Source: Azolla caroliniana (Eukaryota > Plantae > Polypodiophyta). From it: a DNA stretch of 64,000 nucleotides. The notes beneath the pieces are model-generated. The model was not told where the DNA came from and searched no databases. It saw nothing but the letters and a program-made list of their open reading frames with translations. Below are positions 50,627-64,000 of this stretch, one piece after another (the stretch's first letter is position 1; each line of letters starts with the position of its first letter). Location: contig JBHGNT010000016.1 of assembly GCA_043228905.1 (NCBI GenBank), positions 4,216,001-4,280,000 on the forward strand. The letters run 5' to 3'. Made by a program: the position numbers and the translations under genes.

Positions 50627-51963
50627 GTTTCTTGCTGATTTAGCATCTGTGTTTTGCCTTCTCTATTTCTCCTTCCACATTACTCTCTCCCCACCACCCC
50701 TCCCTCTCTACATGTGTATGCATATATATGTATGAATATATGTATACATGCATACATACATACATATATATGTATGTACTATTTATCTATATACACATAC
50801 TGCACATTACTCTTTGATTCCATTTTTCAGTTGATTAGGACAGGCTAATTTCCATTGGAGTTCTATTCATCAAGCCCCCCCACTCTCCTTGAAAACATGA
50901 ACTATTTATTTCAACGCCAACAACAAAACATAGTATCACTATATGTATAAAAAAAGAGAGTCTTTTGAGAGCACACAATCATCTCCACTCTTATTCAGCA
51001 AGTGTCACCTTCTTGTTTTCTTTTTCCCTTACCTTACATCATATTTATATCACATACTTTTATTATGGTGTAAATCGCGGTGATATCATAATAGAAGTCG
51101 ATACCACACTCTTGATACCTATTGAAATATGGCTTGTTAATCCATCATTCCTCTTTTGCTTTGTTGGCATATGTTGTATTATCGAATCTGAAGTATTGGT
51201 GCACATATTCACGTGATGGAGCGTATGAAGCCCAAGTATGATATATTAGATGGAAATTTACCAAACTTCCAATGTGCCTCTCTTGGATAGTTTACATTGT
51301 TTTAAATTCAATTTAGTTTAAAAACTCAACAACCTATTCAATTGTGTATCAATGACATATTACATGGCATTATGATGTCAATATTTAACACGTTTATGAG
51401 ATAATCAATTGGTGCCAATTGAATAGTTTTATTCTACACATTTTATCATATTTCCAAATTTGAGTATCCATCAAATTTATCTTGAAATGAGTTTATGAAT
51501 AACTATGGTTGATAAACAATCCTCCAACCCTTGATTTAGACATTCTATTTGTCTCCTCTAGAAAAAGCATGGATAGTGGCTTTCTTTAGGAGGTGATCAT
51601 CAATTCAAAGTCACGGGCTCAAATCCTTACTTCCACACATTTTTTGGTTACAATACATCACTTCTCCACAATTCATGCCACATAATATATATCAAACTAA
51701 CAACGCTATTATCCCTAAACATTAACACAACTACATGTCAATTCAAAATCATGAGTGGGCTCAAATACTCACTTCCACACTTTTGGGTTGACACTATATA
51801 TAGATTTCTTTGTCTCACTTACACTCTCATTTGAAGTATTTTTCAATTTCTTTTTTCGCTCGACAATTGGAGTATCAAATTGAGAGAACCTAAGTTTGAT
51901 CCTCACTATGGGATAGGTCCCATCTCATAGATCACAATTGATCTCTTGTGAACATTAAAAAGA

Positions 51964-51998
<35 letters not shown>

Positions 51999-52200
51999 CT
52001 ATATCTATATATCTATATATATTATATCGTAGAGGACAAATTAATGGAAGGATGAGGTGGAGGGGTATTGTTCGGAAATTTCAGAAAGTTGGGCTGGAGG
52101 GTATAGCTTTGGAAATTTGAGATTCACTGTTGTGAAGAAAAACCCTAGTCACGCGCAGAAGGACGTAAATGGGTTCTCTTTTTGTTTCTCTGTGTTTCTG

Positions 52201-55200
52201 ATGCTCAGAAGAGGGATACCTGCGACGCCGTCTTCTTCAGCCTGCAGAAGAAGACGGAGAAGCTTCTCGTCGTACCTCGCTATGGATCCTCCTTCTCGCA
52301 CCCGTGGAGAAGAGCACCCTTCCTGGACTCACCATCATCACAACGATGGTCTGGATCATCGTAGATGGACTGCTAGGTCAACAAACCAGAATGCCTTCAC
52401 ATTATTCCATCAGCCATTCCTTCTAATGGATTTACTACTACCAGTATTATTTTCCGGTTAATTTGATTATCCCGCGTTTTCTTTTCTTTACTTTTTCCAT
52501 CTATTTGCAGAGAATGCCACCAGTACCTTGAAGACAGGCCATGGGCAGATGTCTTGAGGTTCTACTCACTTCTTTCAGCCGGAAAAGTCTCTCTTCAAGA
52601 TTTGAATTTCGATGGACAGTTTCAAGTAAGTGTTTACTTTCTCTTGCATTCTCTCCCTCTCTTATGTATTTTACCAAGAAAGATATATTAACGTCTTCTA
52701 AGGCCAAAATTGGCCCTTGAGACAATTGGTTTACAACAGAATGGGGTATTTATCCACTTATCAGAACTAAAAATAAAATAAAATAAAATAGAACTTAAGC
52801 TAAATGAGTTCTAGTAGTGTACAAAACGTGGTATATTCGATAAAGGAAGTGACTTTGCACTAAGCCTAATTTCATTTCCACCCAAGCCTCTCGAAAAGAA
52901 GTGGGAGGTCAAAGGGTTTTGGAAGAGAACAATATGTTTTGCTATGCCATTTTAATTCGACTGTTTAAGCGTATGATATGCTTTCAATAAGTTTTGTCAA
53001 GGATATAAGATATTTTGGTAAGCTATAATCATAAATATAACAGACGATTCTCATCATGCAACTAAAGTTCCCATCCGGTGTCTTTTTAAACTTGTTTAAA
53101 GTGTTTTGCATAAAAAAACAGCCATTTCATCCTGTCATGTTGCCTATTATATTGTTGTTTGTAATATTTTGAAATATTTTAAATGTTTTTCTCCGTGTTT
53201 CGTTCACAATAATGCTTTTACTCTCTAGTTTCTAGGTGAAAATGTGGAGCAAGTCACTATTATCCTTATTTTTTGCCCTTAAAGCATGCAGCTTCTCAAA
53301 CTCCATGTGTACAATGTCAATCTCCACCTATACAACTGGTATCTGAAGATTCTCTCAAAGACTACAAAGAGTTCAAAGGAGGAAAATGGGATAGAAAAAC
53401 TTACAAAATTGTTATAGCCTATGACGGGAGTGCTTTCGCTGGTTGGCAAAGACAACCGGCATTACACACTGTCCAGGGGTATAATATAGTTGGTTTTCAT
53501 GAGGTTTTACTATGTTATGGAGTGGGTAAATGGAACATCTTCATGATTTTCACCACAAATTTGTGCTACAGGGTACTTGAGCAAGCTCTGGGAAAATTTT
53601 GTGATGGAAAAAAAGCAGCTTCTTTGAAGTGTGAAGGATTTTCTGTTGAAGCAGTAGTCACAGTTGCAGGGCGCACTGATAAAGGCGTTCATGCAGCTGG
53701 ACAAGTCTGCTCTTTCTGTAAGTTAACTGTCTCTTTTTTTTATAATTTGTTTGAACTTGGCATGCCTTTTTACATGGCTACAATGCATGCAATCATGTGT
53801 TGGAAATGGAATCTTCATGCTTTTAATGAGGAAATTATCATCATGTTGGCTATGTTGATGTATAAGCTAGTCATTTCTTCTTAGAGAGGCCGACAATTGT
53901 TTTTGAAAGTCTGGCTTGAAAAGTAACATGTGAAGTCTTAAAATTAGGTAAAAAATAAACTATTCACATAATCCTTTTATCTTTTCTTTTGTTCTTTTTT
54001 CTGCTCTTGGCTGTTTACTAATGCTGGATTTACAGCACTGTGCTGGCAACAAAAGGAGAAAATATTTGTTCATTTCGAGACCACCCCATATCATTAAATT
54101 TTCGTTTTGTTGTCTTCATGTTTCTTGTTAATAGGACATTTGGTTTCATTTATATGTCTCCATATAAAACAATACTTCTTTTGCGCTATTGTAACAAAAG
54201 TATATGATAGTCCATGGCTGATCTTGATCAAAGAAAGGAAGGAAAAATGTTATATTAGTGTCTTTTAAGAAGCCAAAACGACCTATGAGATTGAATGAGA
54301 GTTTCCATCTTAAAATGTTGCCACATTTTGGAAAACAACTAGAATAAGTATAACTAAATTAGTAAAATTGTCTAAGGTACCAAATATTTCCGTTACTTAA
54401 GCACTTAATATTGTGTGCTTAGATGGATTGAAACTTTTTCTTTTGAAAGATGTCCAACATGGTTTGATCCAAGATGGAGAGGTCTCAAAAGCGATGTAGG
54501 TGTCTTCAATGTCAAGTGATTCTAGTCTTTAACTTTCGTAACAATGGCATTTTGGACCCTAGATTTACATGGCTCATGTGAACGTCAAATTGCTATTTTC
54601 TAGTCTTTTGTCACTCTTATCAAATATGGATTTCCTATTGTTTGATCTACTCGTGTAGCCCTTGATTGATTTGTAGCATGGGAATGATTGGTGACAATTA
54701 AAAAAGGTTGTGGTAGGTCTATTTTGATAAGATTTAGTGGTATCTTGACATCTTGTGAAGTAGTTGATGGCATGTTCTTGGGAAGACACATGAACAACCA
54801 TATAAATAGATGGCACCATCACATATCAAGGGTTGGAACAAGTAGATTTTGAAGATGTGCAGAACTAAATCTTGAAAACACGATTCAACCTTCTTTTGCT
54901 TCCTCCATTGTTTTCTTGTGCAACAACTAAATGACACCTTGCGCATCATTGTCTCTGTGACTAGTTGTATGCAATGAGTTTTTGGTGGTTATTTTGTCTT
55001 GTTAGGGTTAAGATTTAGAGGAAGTTTTACCCGTTGCTCGTAATATAAACCACTCTATCGAGAGTAAGACATTGTACATTTTTATTTGTTGACAGGGTAG
55101 TTTTTTGGAGTTGGTCTTGTGATTTTTTATCCCTCCTAGATGGCCCTCCACATTAAAAATTGATGGTGTATTGTGCTTTCCGTTTGACATGTTTTTGTTG

Positions 55201-58200
55201 CCTATCTTAAATAACTTTGATAAGATCATCTTTGTCTCCTAATTAAGTTATATATGCCATTCTCATTTCAAACATGTGGTACCAGAGCTAGGTTTTGAGC
55301 ACTTTCTTGATCACCAAATGGAGCCAAAGTTCTCTACAGTGGTCAAATTAAATAGTACAAACTATCACAAATAGAAAGGTAAAATGAAAGATTTATTTCT
55401 TGTGAAAAATCTACACTATGTTCACAGCCAAGTAACCTGAAAACAAAATATTACAAAGGAGTGGTTTTTTAAGAACCAATAGGTATATGGCTTTATTCTT
55501 CAATAGGTAAGAGATTGTTTTAAATCATATAATAAACGAAGCTAATGCTAAAACGTTATGGAATAATTTTGAGACTTTATATGCTTCCAAGCTAGATACT
55601 AATAAGTTACATTTTCTTAAGCAAACCATGCACTTAAATTGTGAAAAGGTAATCCATTTCCTATCTTGTTAATGATTTTTAAGGATGTTTTAATTAATTG
55701 TTTGGGTATGAGCGTGAAACTTGATGATGAAATACTTGCTGTTTTGGTTACTTAACACCCTCTGGATCCATAAAGAACTTTTAGAATGTCTTTTACTGCT
55801 ACAACTCCTAATGGACTTGTACCAATGGAATATATGAAGAATGGTATTTTAAATGAAGAGAAATGATAAAGGACCCAGGAGACATCAACACATTTAGAGG
55901 CCTTGGTTGTTGAACCCTTGATCAACAATTTTCAACCATCACGACCTCTGAGAGCGATGATGCCCTTGTGTCCCTAATCACATCTCTTCGTTTAGAACAC
56001 CACTCTTCACATTTTCTGTGGTCACAATTCCAATTGAGGCTACATTAGTTAAAGATAATCTATAAGTTTCACATGAGTCAAGAAGGGTGTTTAGCAACCA
56101 TAGTGCAAGAATTTTATCATCCAATTTTGCTCCCATACCACAAAGTTGATCAAAACATCCTTGAAATTCATTTAACTAATTGGAGATAGAATTACCTTCT
56201 TTATAAGTTAAATGCATTGCTTGTTTAAGTAAAAACAACTTATTATTACTTTCCTAAGATGTGTATAAAGTTTCGAGTTTGTTCCATAAAGCTTTGGCAT
56301 CAGTTTCATTCACAATATGGTTTAAAATGTTATTACCTAACCATTGTTCGATAAAGCCACATGCTTGTTGGTTCTCGAAAAGCCATTCCTCAGGAAGACA
56401 AAACACATAGGAAATATTTAGCAAACGGTTTAGTGGATGTCTTATCCCATTCTCGTGTAGCTTTACAAAATGCGATGTGGATAGTTCCCACTCAGGTACA
56501 CCCTCGTTAGAGCTAGATATAATCTCCCCAAATTCCTTTAGGTCCACCTCCCTCTGTCTAATTGGGCATTTACCCTTTCTGTGACTGATTGGTGGTGCCT
56601 CGTCCTTTGTTTGGTTCTGTCCACAATCGGTTATCGTTCCACTATCGTTTGTTGGGCGGCCAACTTTCTTACACTACAAAAGTCATATCCACTTAAACTA
56701 CAAATAACAAGAAATTTGGAAGCCACAGTCCAATCAAATTTGAGTTATTTGTATCTGAGTGGATATGACTTTTGTAATGTAATTTAACGAAAAGAAAATG
56801 TTTTATCTTACCTTTCCATTTGTGGTAGTTTGTAATGTTCAAGCAAGCCATTGTGGAAAAATTGCCTCTAATGCCACAAGAAAGTGCTAAAATCTAGATT
56901 TGATACCACTTGATCGGATTCACGATAGCAGTTCACTTATATAATACAAAGATTATCTTGTGCAAATTATTCAAGAAAAACAATATTAATACACAAGAAA
57001 AATTATGCATGATACACCACAAAATTTTAACATGCAAAACCCTCGAGGTAAAAACGATGGGACTAAGAGTAGTAACGATTCCCTATGAACGTATAAAATT
57101 TGTACACCAAAGTTTTACTCTAAATATGTTCCTATGTAAAAAGGAATGTAAATTTTCTTCTTAACAACTTAAAAGCAACTAATAAGACCACGAAAGACTC
57201 AGATCACATGGCTGGTGATGGAGGCGGTGATGTCCAAAAATGTCAGTGTTAATTGTATACTAAAGAGCGCTAGAGGAGAAGGCCAAGAAAGAACAATATG
57301 AGCTCTCCAAATTTCTGTTTTACTGAACAATCGAAAAAATGCCCGTTTTCCCCCTTATGTCACTTTTGAAAAGTGAGTATAGATGTCTAAATATGTATAA
57401 GTGTGAGCCCTTTCTATGCTGCATTAAGAATAATAACATTTGGGTGTCCAAGGCCTATCCACACACCCAATGAGTGTGGCCAGAAATGCTAACAATAGGG
57501 TAATGGGATTGACAAGTAAAGTTGATTAGAAGAATATTCTATATTGGCAAGTTACGATGCACTTAGTCTTGAACTTGTGAGAGAAGCTTTAATAGCAGCA
57601 ATGGAACAACTGTAAGAAACAAATAGACCCAACCAAGGTGTGAGAAGATTGTTAGACAGTAGTAGCAAATGAGTTGCAAAAAGTAGAGACAACCAAAGAG
57701 TAGAGCCTATTCGCAAGCAGTAGCAAAAATAAAGTCCTTACAAAAGAGGCTAGTATAGATATATACAAAATTGGGGAACTGAGTGAAATGGTTGTTTGGT
57801 AGTTTAAGTGCCTCTTGTACTAGGAATAAGAGGAATAAGAGGGAATAATCTTGGAAAAGTGAAAGAAAGAGAAGGCATTTAAAGAGTTGTAGATTCTAAA
57901 AAGAGAAGAATCTAGAAAGAGAGAATGTAGAGGAGAGATAATAAAGATGAAAGAGAGTGTAGTTTTGGAGCTGCCACCCCCCAACAAAAGTACTTGCAAG
58001 TCTAGTTAGGTTGACTAGAAGTATATTCTGTGGGCAAGTTAAGACGTACTTAGTCTTGAAGTATGTGCCGTTGACTCTAAGATGAGTATTATCTGGCACT
58101 ATCTTGTATCTAGGGAGCTGGGTCATATTAAATGACAAGTCAATTGACATCAAGGGAATATCCACACTATTATCAACTGACTTCTACATTTTATGTGACA

Positions 58201-61110
58201 GTGAGACCAAACTGAGAATATAAATACCTCTCTTTCTCTTTACATGGCCCATTCACACCATAGTACGTAAAATTCGTGTTCGTCAGGCTTATCATTTGTT
58301 TTCCTACGTTGGAAAACGAACACGAATGATATTAAAAAGGTCGTGTGTTTTTTTTATCATTTTTTCATTTTTTTTCGTTTTTTCCCTCTTTTTCCCTCTT
58401 TTTCCCTCTTCTTCTTTGCACGTAACGTTACCCTCTCCTCTCCTCTCCCACCTAGCCTCCAACGATCTGCACAGTGCACACTGCTTACCAAGTTTCAACG
58501 ACTCACGACATTCAGGTATGATTAGAATTTAGGTTTAATAATCGCTATTAGGGTTTAAATTTCCAAAACGAAATTTTAGAAATTTCTTTGATGAAATTTC
58601 TGAAATTTCAGCCATGAAATTTTAGAGATGAAATGTTTGAAATAACAGACATGAAATTTCAGAGATGATCAGACATGAAATTTCTAAAATTTTAGAAATT
58701 TTAGCCATAAAATTTTTGAAATTTTTGAAATTTAATGTCTGATCATCTCAGAAATTTCAGAAATTTAAGCCATGAAATTTTAAGAGATGAAATGTCTAAA
58801 ATTTCAGAGATTTCATGTCTGAAATTTAAGAGATTTCATGTCTAAAATTTCATGGCTTAAATTTCAGAAATTTCATTTTGGAAATTTCAGACATGAAATC
58901 TCTGAAATTTCAAACATGAAATCTCTGAAATTTCAAACATTTTATCTTTGAAATTTCATGGCTGAAATTTCAGAAATTTCAGAAATTTCGTTTTGGAAAT
59001 TTAAACCCTAATAGTGATTATTAAACCTAAATTTTAATCATACCTGAATGTCGTGAGTCGTTGAGACTTGGTAAGCAGTGTGCAGTGTGCAGATCGTTGG
59101 AGGCTAGGTGGGAGAGGAGAGGAGAGCGTAACGTTACGTGAAGAGAAGACGAGGGAAAAAGAGGGAAAAAACGAAAAGAAAAATGAAAACTGAAAAAAAA
59201 AAGATAAAAAAAACACACGAACTTTTTAATATCATTCGTGTTCGTTTTCCAACGTAGGAAAACGAATGATAAGCCTGACGAACACGAAATTTACGTACTA
59301 TGCTTCACACTGTGACCACATTCTGCAGAAGACTAAGGAAGGGCTGCCTAGAGAATGTAAAAAATGTTGTGCCTGATGTTGAAAGTGCCTTCTTGTCCTG
59401 TGTGACTGATAATGCCACCTGCTTCTGCACCACCATCAATCTTTTTGATCTCATGTGAATGCTATACAATATCTTGAAAATCGATGCCTAACATTCTATT
59501 ATAATAAAAATTAATGATAAATCACTATCATTAAGTTTTTTTCTGAATTTAATATTTTGTTTTTTATATTCTACTTTCCTTACAAATGTAATCAGATACT
59601 TGGCGTTCTGATATTGAATCAGAGGATATCAAAACATTAATCAATACACTGGAACCAAAATCACTCATGGCCATAAGTGTTAATGAGGTTTGTTTCAATT
59701 GTCTTTTAGAGAGATAAAATATGTGTATCATTTCATGTATTTCAAGCAAGGGAATTTAACCATATAGTTTATGGGGCTTGAATCTTTGTTAGAAGTGGCA
59801 TGAAATGCTATTGCAACTTTAGGGTGATGTATTTGTCATGCCATCATTCATAACTTCCATTTTAGGTTTTCCGCACGTTCCACCCCAATTTTTCTGCCTG
59901 CTGGCGACGCTATGTGTACATCCTGCCTCTTTGTGATCGGGAGATAAATAAGGAACCACCAGTTCAACCGAGTAACATGGACTCTGACATAAACTTTAAG
60001 ATGCTTGCCAAGCCTGAAATGTTTGATGTATTAGTCGTGAATGGAATGCTTAAGCAGTTAGAAGGGCAACATCTGTCATACACAGTCTTTGCTCGTGATA
60101 CTAAGTCAGCACGGAGCAGGTACAGCTCTCAAAAGTTGGTTGTAAATGCATTACTAACATATTGGAAACTTTTGTTGTTATTCTTCTTACGTTTTGGTCT
60201 TACAAGCAGTGGACCACCAACAGAGTGCATTCTTTATCATGCTCGAGCTGCCATTGCAGAGCTACCATCGACGGAATATGTAAGTTCTCCTCTCTGTAAG
60301 ATTTCATTTCACAAAGCATATATAATGGAAAGGACTTTTTCGCATGTATTATACATACATATGTATGGTATTCACACCTACTCATAGTTACAGATTATCA
60401 TGCAATTTATGTGTATCAATCAATATCTATGGATATGTTTGAATTCATGAAGCTAATAAATGGCTTGTATTTTTTGAAGGGTTCAGAGGAGAGGAGAAAA
60501 GTGATGTGCGTGGAGCTAGTTGGTAACCGATTCTTGCGCAAGGTTTGAAATTTCCATTTGGTTTTTGAGTTTTCTGGTGAAAATCTATAATTATTTCCCC
60601 AAATGCTCCCAAACTTATTTTATGTCTCCAAATCCCCTGTCAACCCCTAAAGAAAGGAAAAGGATATAAAACAACTCCTAATGCTCAAATAAAGCATATC
60701 TTCAAGAAAAAATAGAAGAATAGACTAAATCACTGCTAGAATTGAAAGATCTTTAAACAAGGATATTTGAGGGGATGATGAAAGTTTAGGGGCATTTTGT
60801 TAAAATAAATAAAAAATTGGGGTTAGTCAAGGAGTTTTTTATCTTGTTTTGTGCGATACATTGCGAATTATCTTTCATCTTTCATCTGACACGCTCATAT
60901 GTGAAGATGGTCAGAGTCCTTGTTGCAACATCGATACGAGAAGCTGCTGCAGGAGCTCCACCTGACACTCTTCTAAGGTTAACCGGAACACCATGCAGAA
61001 AGGCGTCTGCACCACCAGCACCCCCATGTGGCCTATGCTTGGCGGAAGTTAGTTATGGGGAATTTTCCGGATCAGGTCGAGGTCTACTCATTGATAGGAA
61101 CACCACGTGA
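52201..61110 (+). CDS. tRNA pseudouridine synthase, TruA family, ~437 aa (alternative start 52282)
   Basis: Exons 52201-52376, 52511-52625, 53285-53478, 53572-53717, 59596-59687, 59866-60119, 60210-60279, 60480-60542, 60907-61110, phase-consistent. Motifs: YDGSAFAGWQRQ, catalytic AGRTDKGVHA, FHPNFSACWRRY, NRFLRKMVRVLV, APPCGLCL. Confidence 0.92.
55000..55910 (+). mobile_element. Truncated Copia (LTR end, PBS, gag N-terminus)
   Basis: PBS TGGTACCAGAGC at 55277-55288; VVKLNSTNYHK*KGKMKDL; GILNEE. Confidence 0.7.
56050..57494 (-). mobile_element. Truncated Copia (LTR ~56911-57494, PBS, gag N-terminus)
   Basis: PBS TGGTATCAAATC at 56897-56908; LNITNYHKWKGK; EEWLFENQQACGFIEQW...NETDAKALWNKLETLY. 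Confidence 0.7.
58259..59302. mobile_element. Fold-back non-autonomous hAT-like element (1044 bp) with ~330-bp inverted arms
   Basis: Termini CATAGTACGTAAA / TTTACGTACTATG. 8-bp TSD ATTCACAC (58251-58258) / CTTCACAC (59303-59310), one mismatch. Centre made of GAAATTTC-type palindromic subrepeats. Confidence 0.9.
60579..60840. mobile_element. Degenerate MULE-like MITE in TruA intron 8
   Basis: Imperfect long TIRs ending GGAGTTTTT; GTCAACCC...AAAG core shared with 46729-46948. Confidence 0.45.
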
Positions 61111-62789
61111 TCAAGATTAGGGAGCTAAAAGGCACCAATATATTGTATCATTCCTTTGGTCTTCTCATTGTTTTGGGCCTGCCCAAACTTGCTTTGCAAG
61201 CCCGCGGTAGCAATATATTTTCTTGGCAAAAGAAACTATGATCCGAAATTTGATTATGCTTTTCCAAAAAGAAGCAACTTTTCATGTCTGTTTCTTTTCT
61301 TTGTAGGAGGATATGGTCATCCTCTCCTCATCAACTGCCAAGAAGTTCCTTTTGTGTGTACATTTGCAATCTTAAATCAAGTTTCAAACACACTGGATTG
61401 GAATAGAATGGCACAGGAATCTGTAGTTATCTCTCTGGATCCAATCTGTAGTTTTGCCAATAGAATTTGATACCAATAGCTATGGGCCCAGGATGTTTAG
61501 ATAAGGTGGGAATGAGAAGGAAATCTAAATGCATCTCACCATCCAATTGTAGGGACAGATAGTGTAAATTTCAATTGGTGCCCTCGTAATGTTACGGTAA
61601 GATAATAAAGCATTTCTTGGGGTATGTGTACTGGTGAAAACCCAATTTTTGAAAATTTGGAGTTAATATTGAAAATATAATCACATGGGACATGATATAA
61701 TAAGTTGTACAACCCAAAATATAGGACAATACATTATGTTGAAAATGTTAGCAAAACATCAGAGCTAACAACAAATTTGCTACCCAGTTCACATAATCTG
61801 AGTTGATATTTGGTCACTTCATTTAATGTAGGAGCTGTTGATATTCATGTATGGAATTATTGCTAACTTTATCGACACCCATGCCAAAGTATTGTCATTA
61901 TCTCAATGCTACCAATATTTCCAGCACCCATGCCATATTGCTGGAAATAGAAACATTTTGATTATGTCATAAAATTTGGATATGTTACTCTATTTCTTAC
62001 CCTTACGAGCTTCACTATTAAACCAAAATATTTGTTTTGCATAGTTATAGACAAACATGGTTGATATTGATTTTTCAGATGTTTGATGTCAAGGGTTATT
62101 TGGAAATTTATGTCTATATTGTAGGAGTCAAAGGCACGTTCAATGATTATTTTGCAGATTGGTTTTGCAAGACCCTGAATAGTGTCCCCGGATCTCGATC
62201 TATCATATGGTAATGTTATTAATGTATCTCCCTCCCCGAGGATATCTCCAGAAGTTTTCTGAAATCACCAAAGGACATATCTGCATTGGGATTGTCCACT
62301 AGCATACACTGTCCAATAATTTATATGTCAGTACTATCTCATCCTACTTTACAGAATTTTTCACTGAAGTTCTTTTGGCATGGTTGTGGATTTTCAGCCA
62401 TTGGCTATCTTTTTATGTTCTTTTCTCCTTGTTGGAGACTTTGAGGGGGTTGACATAGTAGGATTTAGGGATTTGTAGGTTGGCACTTCATTTGCACTAG
62501 CCTTTATCACACGATTGTGTAGGTCCATAATGATGTATTTAGAGACAAGGGATGCCATGGAACCTTGATTGACTTGTGTTGAAATGGTGGATAGTTTAGG
62601 GAAAAGACGCATCAGTTTGAGGGAAATGGTAGCATTCGCGTAAGAAAAACACCCTCATAGAATGATAAATACCATACTTTTGGATTAACTATTTATTATG
62701 GGGTAAATAAGCCTAAAAAATGGGAAAAAACAAAAAAATGCCATTAAAAAAATGGGAATAAAACAAAAAAAAACACAAGAATGTTTGAA

Positions 62790-62862
62790 TAACATTCGCA
62801 TTCGTTTTCCAATGTAGGAAAACAAATGTTATGCTAGACGAACACAAATTTTACGTACTATG
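62790..62862. mobile_element. Single terminus of the CATAGTACGTAA hAT-like family
   Basis: TTCGTTTTCCAATGTAGGAAAACAAATG...GACGAACACAAATTTTACGTACTATG matches the right end of 58259-59302. Confidence 0.75.
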
Positions 62863-64000
62863 GAACTTTCAACAAGAAGTATGATATCCAATTCATTGGT
62901 AGACTCCAATATGTCAAATTCAACATTCCACGGGTATCCATTACAATTCCAAAAGCATAGATATAGAATACACAAAATAGTCTCATAGGTCACGTGTCCC
63001 TATTTGCCTATCTTTTCGTCTTTGCACATATCCTTAACTTATTTTTCCAATTTTCTACATATGCTTGCAACTTTAGAATGGCATTTTGTTGTGAGATAGC
63101 TTGATCCTCACTCATAAAGCATTATGTAACTTTGAGGTGCACCCAACTACTTTTTCAAGTATGATCCTAAACATTGGCCAGCATGCGTACAATAGGTTTT
63201 TCTCCTGAACATGTTACATCATATTCCCCAACTCGGTGTGCCCCATGCACATTCACATCTGATGTACCATAATGCATAAAAAAATAACATTGATGACCTT
63301 CTCAAGGGATGTGAGAGTTTCCATACTCTCTTCTTTAATCCTAGGGATGAGAATATTCTTTGATCAATGTTCATGTTCTTTCAATTCTTGAACATCTATA
63401 CTTTCCAAAATCTTTTTTTGATTTATCACATTTGTAATAGCCAAATTAAAGATGATATGCACACGACATACATTGACATACGTTTTATTATGCATACATT
63501 TTTCATTTCACTTACATCGCGCCTCATTTTCCAATTTTCCTCTTTCAATACTTCTTTTTGTTTGAACTTGTTTAAATGCTCACTTGTTTCTAATGAAGCT
63601 TGCTTGCATTCTCTAATCTCATGTTTAAGTTTTGCAAACGTTTTCTTACAACTCACATTCTCAATAACAATAATGTATAGTTTTGCATTCTCTTCCATTA
63701 GTGCCCTAATCTCTTCACATTGGATCATCTAGCAACCCCTAAGTGCTTGGGGGAAGCTGGAATATTTGACTTATCTATGTGTCGGAACAAGGGTTTAACT
63801 CATGGGAGGATTGTTGGCATAAAAGGCAGACTCCTTCCAAATTGTATCTAGGACAACGGTTAAGGTTTCATGGTGGCAATTACTGAACATATGTATTTTC
63901 ATTTAAGATTCCTGGTTCTTCGTGTGTTCAAAAGTTGGTTATCTCATGGTAGGAAGCACTCTCGGCAAAAAGAGTTACATGTGTCTTCTCAGTTATTATG

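Noticed and set aside
51565-51920. tRNA-like B-box sequences (GGGCTCAAATCC)
   Set aside because: No cloverleaf can be built; at most decayed SINE-like remnants.
61600-64000. Short ORFs 62394-62612 and 63426-63728 (coiled-coil-like)
   Set aside because: No recognisable domain or splice structure; probably decayed TE sequence that I cannot classify.

Overview
Nuclear genomic DNA of a land plant. The PLS-type PPR remnants, the LINE repertoire and the microsatellite-rich UTRs suggest a non-seed plant such as a fern; this is an inference. I reconstructed eight protein-coding genes by hand from GT-AG boundaries: a peroxisomal acyl-activating enzyme (+), SRP19 (+), a DnaJ72-like J-protein (+), a plastid DJC65-like J-protein (-), a two-exon type-4/Ec-like metallothionein that the ORF track mostly misses (-), AUGMIN subunit 2 (+), a CXE-type carboxylesterase (-) and a TruA-family pseudouridine synthase (+). 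Introns and intergenic DNA hold many TEs: a solo LTR, a structurally complete Copia with non-canonical TG...TA termini in SRP19 intron 1, a 5'-truncated L1 with a 14-bp TSD, RTEX/L2-like LINE pieces, hAT non-autonomous elements (one carrying a PPR gene fragment, one a 1-kb fold-back), a probable decayed Helitron-type element, and an EF1A pseudogene inside an intron. The best leads are the His-free 20-Cys metallothionein, the PPR-carrying hAT element and the fold-back hAT. I found no CRISPR, rRNA or intact tRNA. Family assignments come from motif recognition only; no database search was run.
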